Positions 9,728 to 19,361 of a DNA stretch of 64,000 nt are shown here, in pieces. The DNA comes from an uncultured Treponema sp. Lineage in GTDB: Bacteria; Spirochaetota; Spirochaetia; Treponematales; Treponemataceae. Location of the stretch: NCBI GenBank assembly GCA_964641135.1, contig CAZXJV010000003.1, forward strand, positions 2,418 to 66,417, given 5' to 3'. Made by a program: the position numbers and the translations under genes. Every line of letters starts with the position of its first letter. The stretch's first letter is position 1. The notes beneath the pieces were generated by a model. The model made no database searches. It was given only the letters and a program-made list of their open reading frames with translations, and was not told the origin of the DNA.

Positions 9728-10045
9728 ACGCAATGACGGAGACGAGTAGTTCCAGTCTGCACTGCAACCAGAGAAACGGTCCGGCAACCCCGGCAATGGG
9801 GTTCAGGGTGGAAGACCGCTGCATGCAAGGAATGAAAACCCCTCCCGAGCAGTACGGGGAACACCCTATATCTTTGAGGTATAGTGTCAGTAACCGCTAC
9901 CGTAATCCGGCGATAACGGAGATGAGCGCGCACCCTGTCATGGGGATGCGAAGCGGGGTGGCACCGCGGAGACTGACTGCATGTATGCAGTACGGTTCTT
10001 CCGTCCCCGGAAACGGCTGTCTTTCAGGCAACCGTAATACCGGTC
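9728..10045 (+). promoter_or_regulatory. T-box leader RNA (tRNA-sensing riboswitch) upstream of thrS
   Basis: T-box motifs occur in canonical order: AUGA (9733-9736), GAGUAG (9744-9749), CCAGAGA (9768-9774), GGUGGAA (9807-9813), and GAAAACC with the ACC codon (9834-9840). The T-box sequence GGGGUGGCACCGCGG follows at 9955-9969. A complementary 3' strand UUCCGUCCCC lies at 9999-10008. Confidence 0.7.
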
Positions 10046-10057
10046 AGGAGTGTGCCC

Positions 10058-11818
10058 ATGAAACCTATCGAATCCCAGAATCCCGAAAAACTTGAATTGA
10101 TCCGCCATAGTACGGCCCATGTGATGGCTTCTGCCGTTACAACATTGTTTCCAGGAACAAAAGTTGCCATCGGACCGGCTATTGAACATGGTTTTTATTA
10201 TGATTTTGAACTTCCCCGTTCAATTACGCCGGATGATCTGCCGGAAATAGAAAAAGAAATGCGCCGGCTATTGAACAGTAATCTTGACTTTACACGCGAG
10301 GTAATAACCCGCGAAGCGGCGCTTGACCTGTTCAGGGATGAACCTTTTAAGAGTGAACTTGTCAGGGAACTGCCTGAGGGTGAAGAAATCAGTCTGTACC
10401 GTACCGGCGATTTCGTGGATCTGTGCAGAGGGCCTCATGTTGGCTCTACCCGTGAAATTAATGCCCAGGCTTTTAAGTTAATGAAAACAGCGGGTGCCTA
10501 CTGGCGTGGGGATGAAAAACGACCCATGCTGACCCGTATTTACGGTACCGCCTGGGAAAAACCCGGTGATCTTAAAAACTACCTTGATATGCTTGCAGAA
10601 GCAGAAAAACGGGATCATCGCCGCATCGGCAAGGATCTGGCTTATTTTCATATTGATGACGAAAATCCGGGCCAGGTTTACTGGCACCCGGACGGCTGGA
10701 CCGTATACCGCCTGATCGAAGACTATGCCCGCGCCCGCATCCGCCAGGACGGATATGTCGAGGTCAAGACTCCGTTTGTTATGCCTCAAAGTTTATGGGA
10801 GCGCAGCGGCCATTGGGCAAAGTACCGGGAAAACATGTTTGTCACTGAAAGTGAAAAACGCCTGTTTGCTCTCAAGCCCATGAACTGTCCCGGACATATC
10901 GAGATTTTCAGGCAGGGTTTGAAAAGCTATCGCGATTTACCGTTGCGTATGGCTGAATTCGGATCCTGTACCCGTAATGAACCGGGCGGATCTGTGCATG
11001 GTATTTTGCGGGTTCGCGGGTTTGTGCAGGATGATGGACATATCTTCTGCACAGAAGAACAGATACCGGATGAGGTAGCACGGTTCTGTGTTTTGTTAAA
11101 AAGCATGTATCGCGATTTCGGTTTTCCGGAAGAAACAATATTGGTCAAGTTTTCAACCCGGCCGGAAATGAGGGTCGGCTCAGATGAAAGCTGGGATCGT
11201 GCCGAGGCCGCACTTGAGGATGCCTGCCGGAAAGCAAAACTTGATTATATAGTAGCTCCCGGTGAGGGTGCATTTTATGGCCCGAAACTCGAATTTACCC
11301 TGGTTGACGCTCTCGGTCGACACTGGCAGTGCGGTACCATTCAGGTGGATTATCAGCTGCCTTCAAAGGAACGTCTGAACGCTGAATACACCGGTGAAGA
11401 TAACGCCCGACATCATCCGGTGATGCTGCACCGTGCTGCCCTGGGCTCCCTGGAGCGCTTTCTGGGTATTTTGATAGAGCATTATGCCGGTGCCATGCCT
11501 CCCTGGCTTGCTCCCCGTCAGGCAGTTGTTGTTCCTGTCGCTCCTGCATTTGAAGAGTATGCCGTCGCAGTCAGTGCGCGGCTGAAAGCAGCAGGTGTCC
11601 GGGTGTTTGCCGATATTGATAATGATCGAATGAACGCAAAAATACGGAAATATCAGGGACAAAAGATACCGTATCAGCTGGTTGTCGGTCAGAAGGAGAT
11701 GGATGAAGATGCCGTAGCCGTTCGTACCCGTGACGGAAGTCAGAAGGTCATGAGCGTCGAGTCCTTCATTCAACTTCTTCTTGAGAAGACTTCCTCGAAG
11801 TCGGCGGAGTTATTGTAA
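10058..11818 (+). CDS. thrS: threonine--tRNA ligase (short form lacking the N-terminal TGS domain)
   Basis: Contains HSTAHVMA (editing-domain zinc motif), [15 protein letters not shown] and [18 protein letters not shown] lies 7 nt upstream of the ATG at 10058. Confidence 0.95.
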   Translation: MKPIESQNPEKLELIRHSTAHVMASAVTTLFPGTKVAIGPAIEHGFYYDFELPRSITPDDLPEIEKEMRRLLNSNLDFTREVITREAALDLFRDEPFKSELVRELPEGEEISLYRTGDFVDLCRGPHVGSTREINAQAFKLMKTAGAYWRGDEKRPMLTRIYGTAWEKPGDLKNYLDMLAEAEKRDHRRIGKDLAYFHIDDENPGQVYWHPDGWTVYRLIEDYARARIRQDGYVEVKTPFVMPQSLWERSGHWAKYRENMFVTESEKRLFALKPMNCPGHIEIFRQGLKSYRDLPLRMAEFGSCTRNEPGGSVHGILRVRGFVQDDGHIFCTEEQIPDEVARFCVLLKSMYRDFGFPEETILVKFSTRPEMRVGSDESWDRAEAALEDACRKAKLDYIVAPGEGAFYGPKLEFTLVDALGRHWQCGTIQVDYQLPSKERLNAEYTGEDNARHHPVMLHRAALGSLERFLGILIEHYAGAMPPWLAPRQAVVVPVAPAFEEYAVAVSARLKAAGVRVFADIDNDRMNAKIRKYQGQKIPYQLVVGQKEMDEDAVAVRTRDGSQKVMSVESFIQLLLEKTSSKSAELL

Positions 11819-12521
11819 GAGCGGCCATGATCATGAAGGAGTCCATGAAAGGCACCTTCGGATCTGACCAGAGGTTGAATACCGGGATTGCGGCGCGGAC
11901 AGTGAGTCCGCCTCCCCAGCCGGTTTGCAGACGATAGCGGATTCCGCCCTGGAGAACAGGATACAGCCAGCGGCCTGACGACCACAGATAGTTGTTTACG
12001 GCTGTAACCTGCTCGCCGGCTGTCAACGGTTCTCCGGGATTCCGCGCATCGGAAGGTACGCCGGGTTCAAGAAAGCTCCACCGCAGGGCAGCCGCCGGGC
12101 CGCCACCCAGGCTGTAGAGAAAGTTTCCCCGTTCAATCAGATATAAAAAGGGCAGGTCAAGCAAGAGAACCGGCACCAGAACAGTGCGGTTTTCGATCTC
12201 GGTGGGCAGGGCACGTTCGCCGGACCACAGGTATGCGGTGCTGTACAGGGATAGTGAAGGGGCGAAGGCAAGGGATTCCCTGACTGGCAGCCGGTATTCC
12301 GCCCCGCCGAAAACAGCAATAGGACTCGGACCGCTGGCCAAACCGCCGGGCGCGCCGCCTGGACCCATGCCGGGGACAACCGTAATGCCTTCACCGTCCG
12401 AATTATGTATCAGGTTCAGTCCGCCGAAAATGGTCCAGCGGCTGTACTGCGCCATTGCAGTCTGCATAAGCAAGACTCCAAGTACAAGGCAGACTGTGTA
12501 GCGAACGGCTGTTTTCTTCAT
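11766..12521 (-). CDS. hypothetical secreted protein, outer-membrane beta-barrel-like
   Basis: Signal peptide [25 protein letters not shown]. Gly/aromatic-rich alternating pattern. Last gene of a four-gene minus-strand cluster. Its 3' end overlaps the thrS 3' end by 53 nt. Confidence 0.6.
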   Translation of the reverse strand: MKKTAVRYTVCLVLGVLLMQTAMAQYSRWTIFGGLNLIHNSDGEGITVVPGMGPGGAPGGLASGPSPIAVFGGAEYRLPVRESLAFAPSLSLYSTAYLWSGERALPTEIENRTVLVPVLLLDLPFLYLIERGNFLYSLGGGPAAALRWSFLEPGVPSDARNPGEPLTAGEQVTAVNNYLWSSGRWLYPVLQGGIRYRLQTGWGGGLTVRAAIPVFNLWSDPKVPFMDSFMIMAALTITPPTSRKSSQEEVE

Positions 12522-12529
12522 GTAAACAA

Positions 12530-13597
12530 TTATAGCACATCGGAAAGGTCGGCTTCCAGTAAACCGGCGCGACCTGTTTCAAAGAAACGCCGTTCTTCCC
12601 AGGCAGCGATCAGGCGGCTGCCGGAAAGAATAAAGGGGCCGTAGACGTATCCGCGTGAAAGTTTCGGCAGGCTGAGAACCCTGACACCCGAACGGCCTTC
12701 CTGGCTGTAATAAAAGGTACCGTCCGAAAAAAGCAGGGCTGTTATGCCGTCATTCTGCAGAACTATGCCTTCAAGTGCTGGTTCTTCACCGCTGCGGGTG
12801 TACAAAACGGGGCCCGATCCTGTTGCACGGTGGACCTGCAGGGAAAGAGCAGTGTTCTCCGGTAGCAGACTGACCAGATCACGAATTGCCCGATCTGCCT
12901 GATCAACAGGGAATGGTGATATTGATGTTCTCCAGGCATCTGCAGATATCCGGCGGATGGTCGGCAGGCGGATTACTGCTCCGCCTTTGTCCATCTCGGG
13001 CAGATATTCAAATTCCAGGTAGTTAAAGTCGATCCGGTCCGCTTTTTCCTGTTTGAAGGCGGCGTACCACATTGACCCTACACGATCCAGTGCAACGCAC
13101 TGGGCTTCAGGGGCAAGACCCAGGTCTGCGGGATATAGACGAAGCAGTGGTGATCCTTCGGTGACATGAACCAAAAAGGGTTCCGGTCCGGTGCTTGTCC
13201 GGGTGGAAAAGAAACTGTTGCGGTACAGACGGACAGCAAGCCCTCCGCTCCAGGTGTGTAAAGATCCGGATGTGCGTTCGTGGAACATGGTTTTATCACC
13301 GATTAAACGTACTCCGGTTTCAGAATCCGGATATATCAGGCCCAGCTTGTTGACCAGCAGCACCGGAGTTCCCTCCATAAAGCCTACCGAAGCTGCACGG
13401 CGGGCTTCTGTCCATGCCTGAAAGCCGGGGAAGGGTATAGCTGCCGGATCCAGTGCGGAGCGGACACTGTCCTCATCGAAATAATACCAGGGAGAAGACG
13501 GTTCGGCCGGCGCAGGGGAGACGGCTGATTGACGGTTGCTGCATGAGCTCAGGATGAGTATACACAAGGCTGCATTAATCACTGTGATCGGTTTCAT
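12530..13597 (-). CDS. hypothetical lipoprotein
   Basis: MKPITVINAALCILILSSCSN carries a lipobox (LSSC). No recognisable domain. Confidence 0.65.
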   Translation of the reverse strand: MKPITVINAALCILILSSCSNRQSAVSPAPAEPSSPWYYFDEDSVRSALDPAAIPFPGFQAWTEARRAASVGFMEGTPVLLVNKLGLIYPDSETGVRLIGDKTMFHERTSGSLHTWSGGLAVRLYRNSFFSTRTSTGPEPFLVHVTEGSPLLRLYPADLGLAPEAQCVALDRVGSMWYAAFKQEKADRIDFNYLEFEYLPEMDKGGAVIRLPTIRRISADAWRTSISPFPVDQADRAIRDLVSLLPENTALSLQVHRATGSGPVLYTRSGEEPALEGIVLQNDGITALLFSDGTFYYSQEGRSGVRVLSLPKLSRGYVYGPFILSGSRLIAAWEERRFFETGRAGLLEADLSDVL

Positions 13598-13620
13598 TGT
13601 AGCTATACAGTAGCCGAGGC

Positions 13621-14469
13621 TCAGGGATCTGACAAGTCTTGAATGGTAAAATAATACAGACCGGGGGTACTATTTGTCTGAATAAGAGTCAGCCAGCCAC
13701 GAGGAAAAAAAAGCCGGTGCAGTCCATCAGTACAATGGTATACGATAGACCGGTGTGTTTCGTTTTCTGTAAGCGGTATCCGTTCACCATGGATAGAATA
13801 GAAAAAATCTGGCAGGGGGCCATGCTCCGCAGTATTGAAAAACAGCTCAATCACGGAAACCGGGGGGACCCGGATTTCCCGGACAGAAAAACGTCCTGAA
13901 AGAATGGCCCCGCTCATGCGCAGCTCATCAATCCATACATGGTTTTCCATTTTGTATGCTTCGTGCTCCAGTCTGCGCCAGTTAAAGGCAGCTGCGATAC
14001 GCCGGCCTTCTTCCGGGCCGGAGCTGGCTGCAGTAATTATCCTGCGGGCAAGCCGGGCGGACAGCCCGGTGATCTGACGAGGACGCATCACAGTACGGTT
14101 GTTACTGGTCAGGGCATCAAGAGGGTACAGGCAGCCGGCTGCAGGGGCAAGGTCTTCAGGCAGGGAATCTGTGGGAGTTACCGTATAGACAAGAACCGGA
14201 GTAAAACTGCCGGCCTGTACCCTGATTTCGGCAGTTGGTTGAGAAGTAATGAGTGTTTTGCGGCTTCCTTCGTGATCAAACCATTCAACCTTCCTCACTG
14301 CACTCTTTCCCGGATACAGAAAGTCATCAAGGTGTGAACGGACTGGAAGTTCTACCCGGATTGTTTCCGTGGCAGAAGGCCATAATGGCGGAAGGGCGCA
14401 GGCTGTTGCTGCTGAAAGGTACAAAAGGGCTGTCAGCCGGAACAGAACAGGATACGGTGTGTGTTTCAC
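13621..14469 (-). CDS. hypothetical secreted protein
   Basis: N-terminal hydrophobic signal-like segment (LFRLTALLYLSAATACA). GTG start at 14469. No recognisable domain. Confidence 0.55.
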   Translation of the reverse strand: MKHTPYPVLFRLTALLYLSAATACALPPLWPSATETIRVELPVRSHLDDFLYPGKSAVRKVEWFDHEGSRKTLITSQPTAEIRVQAGSFTPVLVYTVTPTDSLPEDLAPAAGCLYPLDALTSNNRTVMRPRQITGLSARLARRIITAASSGPEEGRRIAAAFNWRRLEHEAYKMENHVWIDELRMSGAILSGRFSVREIRVPPVSVIELFFNTAEHGPLPDFFYSIHGERIPLTENETHRSIVYHCTDGLHRLFFPRGWLTLIQTNSTPGLYYFTIQDLSDP

Positions 14470-14533
14470 AGGAACTGTGTAGCAGGATTGATCTATCCGT
14501 GCCCGAATGCTCTATGAGAAACAGGCTGAATAC

Positions 14534-15793
14534 TCATGTTTCAGTCAGTTTGATAACCTTCCTGTTAAGGATGAATATGGCAGTGACAAGAACCATGACT
14601 GTCCAGGGCAGGATTTCAAGCGTGGTATATCGTGCTGCCATACCAAAAGCAGCCGGCAGGAATGCTCCTCCCAGGCAGGCAGCCCCAACCTGGTAACCCA
14701 TAACTCGCTCTGCCTTTCCCGGCCGGAATCGTCGCGGGGTTTCATGGCTGGTACACGGATACACCGGAGCAAAACCGGTTCCGATCAGAATAACAGCAAG
14801 GGCATTGAACCATTCCGGCAGAGCCGGTATCCGGAAAGGCAGGAGCAGCAACATGAGGCCGAAAAAGGCAACAGAAAGCCCCAGCCGGATCATCAGTTTG
14901 TTTCCCAACCGGTTGACGACCATGCCGGTAACAAGCCGGCCGCCAGTTATGGCTCCGTAGTACGCTGCCATCCATATCCCTGCAGTTACTGCCGATACTC
15001 CCCGCGATTCTACAAGCAGGCTGTACCCCCACAGCCCTACAGCGAATTCGCAGGAAACATACAGGGCAAAGATGGCGACCTGTGCCGCCGCTGCCCTGTT
15101 TTCCTTTTTTTGATCGCAGACGGCAGGATGTGTATGTGCCGGTTTTGTCCTGTCATCAGTGCCCGGGTACGCCGGTGCAGTCCCTGCTGCTGTTTCAGAT
15201 GCAGGAGATGTTCTGGCAGTCCGTAGTGTATGCACCCGCTGCCACAAGCCCAAGGACAGGAACAACAGAACAGCGACTGATCCCTGCATCAGTGCCAGGA
15301 TACGGTATCCTGTTCTCCAGCCCATGCCTGCAGCTATGGCCGCAGTTATTACTGCCGGGCCGGCTGTTGCACCGATTCCCCAACAGGAGTGCAGCCAGTT
15401 CATGTGACGCGAGGAATAGTGGCTTGCAACATAGCTGTTTAATCCGGCATCGATGGCACCCTGTCCGAATCCCAGTAGTAAAACAGCCGGAATAAGAGCG
15501 ATAAAAACCGGTGCCAGCGAATATCCAAGAAGACCTGCCGCTGTCATCAGGCAGCTGGCAAGTGTCAGTATTCCAATCCCGAAACGGGCAGTAAGCCGTG
15601 AGCCGAAGATACTGGAAACCGCTGAACAGATCGTGAGTATAATTGTTAGCAGCCCCGCTGCTTCAAGCGGTTTTCCGAAATCCTGACGCATAAAAGGCCA
15701 TGCGACCCCGAGGGCTCCATCCGGCAGGCCGAGGCTGATGAATGCAGCATATATTACTGCCAAAAGCATTAAAAGAGTGGCTGAGTGCTTCAT
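14534..15793 (-). CDS. MFS transporter
   Basis: 419 aa and roughly 12 hydrophobic helices, with a central hydrophilic loop. General MFS appearance; substrate unknown. Confidence 0.8.
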   Translation of the reverse strand: MKHSATLLMLLAVIYAAFISLGLPDGALGVAWPFMRQDFGKPLEAAGLLTIILTICSAVSSIFGSRLTARFGIGILTLASCLMTAAGLLGYSLAPVFIALIPAVLLLGFGQGAIDAGLNSYVASHYSSRHMNWLHSCWGIGATAGPAVITAAIAAGMGWRTGYRILALMQGSVAVLLFLSLGLWQRVHTLRTARTSPASETAAGTAPAYPGTDDRTKPAHTHPAVCDQKKENRAAAAQVAIFALYVSCEFAVGLWGYSLLVESRGVSAVTAGIWMAAYYGAITGGRLVTGMVVNRLGNKLMIRLGLSVAFFGLMLLLLPFRIPALPEWFNALAVILIGTGFAPVYPCTSHETPRRFRPGKAERVMGYQVGAACLGGAFLPAAFGMAARYTTLEILPWTVMVLVTAIFILNRKVIKLTET

Positions 15794-15937
15794 AATAGTT
15801 TATAATGGCAACAAATACCCGTTCTGTCAAGATGATTTTGTGCAGCAACGTGCTTGTGCCTGCAGCCGTGTGGACCTGCCCGTTATCGTTTGACATGCAA
15901 GGGCAAGACGTTATACTTGTTTGAGGAGGGGAAGCAG

Positions 15938-16972
15938 ATGAAGGCTTTATTTGTCGGTGGAACGGGTACCATAAGTACCGCCGTCACAGCCCTGGCGGTT
16001 GAGCGGGGCTGGGATTTGACACTTCTTAACCGGGGTACCCGCTCGGAGCGCCTAATCTCCGGGGTGCAATGCCTCACTGCAGATATCAATGGCGATGAAG
16101 GGGCGGTATCGGCAGTGCTTTCCGGTCACTCCTTCGATGTAGTTGTTGATTTTATCGCCTTTGTTCCCGGTCAACTGGAACGCGATATACGCCTTTTTTC
16201 CGGCAGGACTTCCCAGTTTATCTTTATCAGTTCGGCATCGGCCTATCAAAAGCCGTTGAATCATTATGCAATAACAGAATCAACACCTCTTTCCAATCCG
16301 TATTGGGAATATTCCAGAAACAAGATCGCCTGTGAAGATATGTTGATGGCGGAGTACCGCCGCAGCGGTTTTCCGGTAACAATTGTCCGCCCCAGCCATA
16401 CATACAGTGAAAACTACCTGCCGGTTGCGGTGCATGGACGTAAGGGTTCCTGGCAGGTTGTTGATCGTATTCTGAAAGGTAAACCGGTGCTTGTTCACGG
16501 TGACGGTACAAGCCTGTGGACGTTGACTCATTCCAGGGATTTTGCAAAGGGTTTTTTGGGTTTGATGGGCAACCCCCTGGCCATCGGGGAAACTGTACAT
16601 ATAACCGGAGATGAAAGCCTGACCTGGAACGGTATCTATGATCGCCTGGGATCCGCTTTGGGGATGCCGTTCAGCAATTATCATTTCAGTTCCTATTTTC
16701 TTGCCGCCTGTGATCCGGTTTTTGCCGGGACGCTTGGAGGTTATAAGGCCTGGTCGGTGGTTTTTGACAACACAAAATTGAAACGCCTGGTTCCGGACTT
16801 CGTGCCGGTAATACGGTTTGATCAGGGGGTTCGCGAGTGTGTGCGTTTTATTATGGAAGATCAGCGTTTGCAAACTCCGGATCCTGACTTTGACCGTTTC
16901 TGTGATACTGTAATTGCGGCACTGGAAGGGGCAAAGGCCTCATTTTTTGCAGATACTGCCCACAGGCAGTAA
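15938..16972 (+). CDS. NAD-dependent epimerase/dehydratase (extended SDR family)
   Basis: GAGGAGGGG RBS followed by the ATG at 15938. MKALFVGGTGTIS is a Rossmann GxxGxxG motif. YSRNK matches the YxxxK catalytic motif. Confidence 0.85.
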   Translation: MKALFVGGTGTISTAVTALAVERGWDLTLLNRGTRSERLISGVQCLTADINGDEGAVSAVLSGHSFDVVVDFIAFVPGQLERDIRLFSGRTSQFIFISSASAYQKPLNHYAITESTPLSNPYWEYSRNKIACEDMLMAEYRRSGFPVTIVRPSHTYSENYLPVAVHGRKGSWQVVDRILKGKPVLVHGDGTSLWTLTHSRDFAKGFLGLMGNPLAIGETVHITGDESLTWNGIYDRLGSALGMPFSNYHFSSYFLAACDPVFAGTLGGYKAWSVVFDNTKLKRLVPDFVPVIRFDQGVRECVRFIMEDQRLQTPDPDFDRFCDTVIAALEGAKASFFADTAHRQ

Positions 16973-16985
16973 GGGATACCATCGC

Positions 16986-17906
16986 ATGCGTTTGTACTAC
17001 CTGCTGTACGAAAACAAAAAACAGGAGCTGGCGCGCAATGCCAGTTATTTGATCGGACGGGGTGAAGAGTGTGATATCCGTCTCTCCGATGTCACCGTTT
17101 CACGGCGCCATGCCCGTCTGTCAGGCGGTCCTGGCGGCTTCCGCATAGAAGATCTTGAAAGCACAAACGGCACCTGGTTGGATGGTCAGCGTATTACTAC
17201 GCAATCTGTTGCTCCTGGGCAGGGGTTCCGTCTGGGAAGCTGCAACCTGCGTCTTGTTGCCCGTGATACGGTTCCCGCAGACCAGGATGGTTCACCGGCA
17301 GATACCATGATCTTTGAACAGCATATCTCGGAAATACTTGCCGAGGTTGAAGGTACAGATCTTGCCCCCCGTGTTCAGGCACTTAAACAATTTTACAACG
17401 CAAAGAGGGAAGATCTTGCACGCATGGCCTTCCGGGACCAGCTCACAGGCCTTTTTAATCGCCGATATTTCGACCGCAGACTTGATGATGAGTGGGACCG
17501 CTCTGTACGATATCAGCGTCCGCTGTCTGTTGTCATGATCGACATCGATCATTTCAAGAAATACAATGACACCTGGGGGCATCAGAAGGGTGACGAAGTG
17601 CTTGCTGCGGTGGCACGTATTCTTGCCGCTACCTGCCGTACCAGCGATGTACTGTGCCGCTACGGCGGTGAAGAGATGGTTTTTATACTTCCGGAAACCC
17701 CCGGTGAAAAAGCCTGTGTTATGGCAGAACTGTGCCGTCAAAGGGTAGCCGGTAATACGGAGCCTGTTGCCGGTTGTGCTGTCACAGTAAGTCTTGGTGT
17801 TGCAGAGCGGTTATCCAATATGCCAGACAGCGCCTCCCTTCTTAAAGCGGCGGATGCAAATCTGTACAAGGCAAAAGAAGCCGGACGTAATCGGGTACAG
17901 TTCTGA
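16986..17906 (+). CDS. FHA domain-containing diguanylate cyclase
   Basis: N-terminal YLIGRGEECDIRLSDVTVSRRHARL...STNGTWLDG is an FHA domain. The C-terminal GGDEF domain has an RTSD I-site five residues before the GGEEM active-site variant. Confidence 0.85.
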   Translation: MRLYYLLYENKKQELARNASYLIGRGEECDIRLSDVTVSRRHARLSGGPGGFRIEDLESTNGTWLDGQRITTQSVAPGQGFRLGSCNLRLVARDTVPADQDGSPADTMIFEQHISEILAEVEGTDLAPRVQALKQFYNAKREDLARMAFRDQLTGLFNRRYFDRRLDDEWDRSVRYQRPLSVVMIDIDHFKKYNDTWGHQKGDEVLAAVARILAATCRTSDVLCRYGGEEMVFILPETPGEKACVMAELCRQRVAGNTEPVAGCAVTVSLGVAERLSNMPDSASLLKAADANLYKAKEAGRNRVQF

Positions 17907-17921
17907 ACAGTCAGCATCCTG

Positions 17922-19301
17922 TTAGTTCCGATTAACCAGTATTCGGCCCCACACCGGATCAACCGGTATTGGGGTGCTTCTTCCGTCAGAATGGAATTCA
18001 CTGCTGTCATTCAGAACATCAACCCACACACCGGAAGAGGGGAGCTCGCAGGCAATGGTGGTATTATCCTGGCTTCCGTTTATAATAACAACGCAGCACT
18101 GTTGGTCTGTTGTTCGGCTGAATACCAGCTGATCGGCACTTACAGCCAGCTGTTTCCACTGTCCGGTCCGTAATGCCGGGTAAGCGGCACGCAGAGCGCT
18201 CAGCCGCTGAATTACTGCACACAGCTCTCCGCCGGGATATGCCGGTTGCAGTGAGGCATCAAGATGATCGAATCTGCCTGGCTCGAACAGTGCAGGTCTG
18301 AGATCCTTGTCGCTTGCAGGCTTCCGTGAACCGCGGATACCCCATTCGCTTCCGTAATACACAGATGGTATACCGGGCATTGTAAATAACAGAATGTGCA
18401 GGGGAAAGACTGTGTCTGTTCGTGTCAGAACGGACAGGCAGCGTTCAACATCGTGATTGTCCGCGAAATTATACAACAGCATATCACGGTATATTCCGTT
18501 GCTTCCGAACTGACGGTTCAGGCTCCAGGCAATTTCATGCATATTCCGGTCGTTAAAACTGGACCATAAACCTTTGTATGCTTCGTAATTTGTTACAGCA
18601 TCAAGACCGTTCCTGTAAACCCACTCCCTGTAATCCCCGTGAACCACCTCGCCCACAAGCCAAAAATCAGGTTTCAGGGAGGCACAAAACGCAGCAAGGT
18701 CCTCCCTGAAACCTTTGTCCAGAACATCGGCTGCATCAAGACGCAGGCCGTCAATACCGAACTCTTCCATCCAGAACTTTACCGCCTGAAACAGATGTTC
18801 TTTGACCTCGGGGCAAGCGGTATTCAGCTTTGCAAGATCATAGTTTCCCGCCCAGCCCTGATAACTGAAACTGTCACCTGCAGGACTGTGCCGGGAAAAG
18901 TCGACGTCCATGTACCAGGTGCGGTATCGTGAACCTGCACCCTGCTGCTGGATATCTTTGAACGCAAAGAAATCCCTCCCAGTATGATTCAGGACCGCAT
19001 CCAGGACTACCGCAATGCCGGCTTCGTGACATGCATGCACAAGAGTCTGTAAATCACTATTGTTTCCCAGCCGACGGTCAACAGTAAAGTAATCCGCAGT
19101 ATCATAGCCGTGGGCTGTCGATTCAAAAACAGGTCCAAGATACAGGGCGTTTATGCCGATTCCCCTCATATGGGGTATCCACCTGATCAACGTCGTCAGC
19201 GGTCGCTGCGGCGTACAGTGCGGGTGGTTACGCGTTTCGGCTCCAAGCATACCGAGGGGGTAGATGTGGTAAAATACACGGGTGTCGATGCTCTGTTTCA
19301 T
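17922..19301 (-). CDS. glycoside hydrolase family 13 (alpha-amylase superfamily) enzyme
   Basis: All four GH13 conserved regions are present: DAVLNHTG, GLRLDAADV, EVVHGD and FADNHDVER. No signal peptide, so it is probably cytoplasmic. Confidence 0.9.
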   Translation of the reverse strand: MKQSIDTRVFYHIYPLGMLGAETRNHPHCTPQRPLTTLIRWIPHMRGIGINALYLGPVFESTAHGYDTADYFTVDRRLGNNSDLQTLVHACHEAGIAVVLDAVLNHTGRDFFAFKDIQQQGAGSRYRTWYMDVDFSRHSPAGDSFSYQGWAGNYDLAKLNTACPEVKEHLFQAVKFWMEEFGIDGLRLDAADVLDKGFREDLAAFCASLKPDFWLVGEVVHGDYREWVYRNGLDAVTNYEAYKGLWSSFNDRNMHEIAWSLNRQFGSNGIYRDMLLYNFADNHDVERCLSVLTRTDTVFPLHILLFTMPGIPSVYYGSEWGIRGSRKPASDKDLRPALFEPGRFDHLDASLQPAYPGGELCAVIQRLSALRAAYPALRTGQWKQLAVSADQLVFSRTTDQQCCVVIINGSQDNTTIACELPSSGVWVDVLNDSSEFHSDGRSTPIPVDPVWGRILVNRN

Positions 19302-19361
19302 GATTCTTCCTTCCTTGTACTCACCCGTTCGGGCGGTGCAAGCTGTATTGTTGTATGTGAA

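Noticed and set aside
9718-10095. 125-aa ORF (and a 70-aa antisense ORF) covering the thrS upstream region
   Set aside because: The region carries the ordered T-box RNA motifs. The ORF has no RBS and runs into thrS out of frame.
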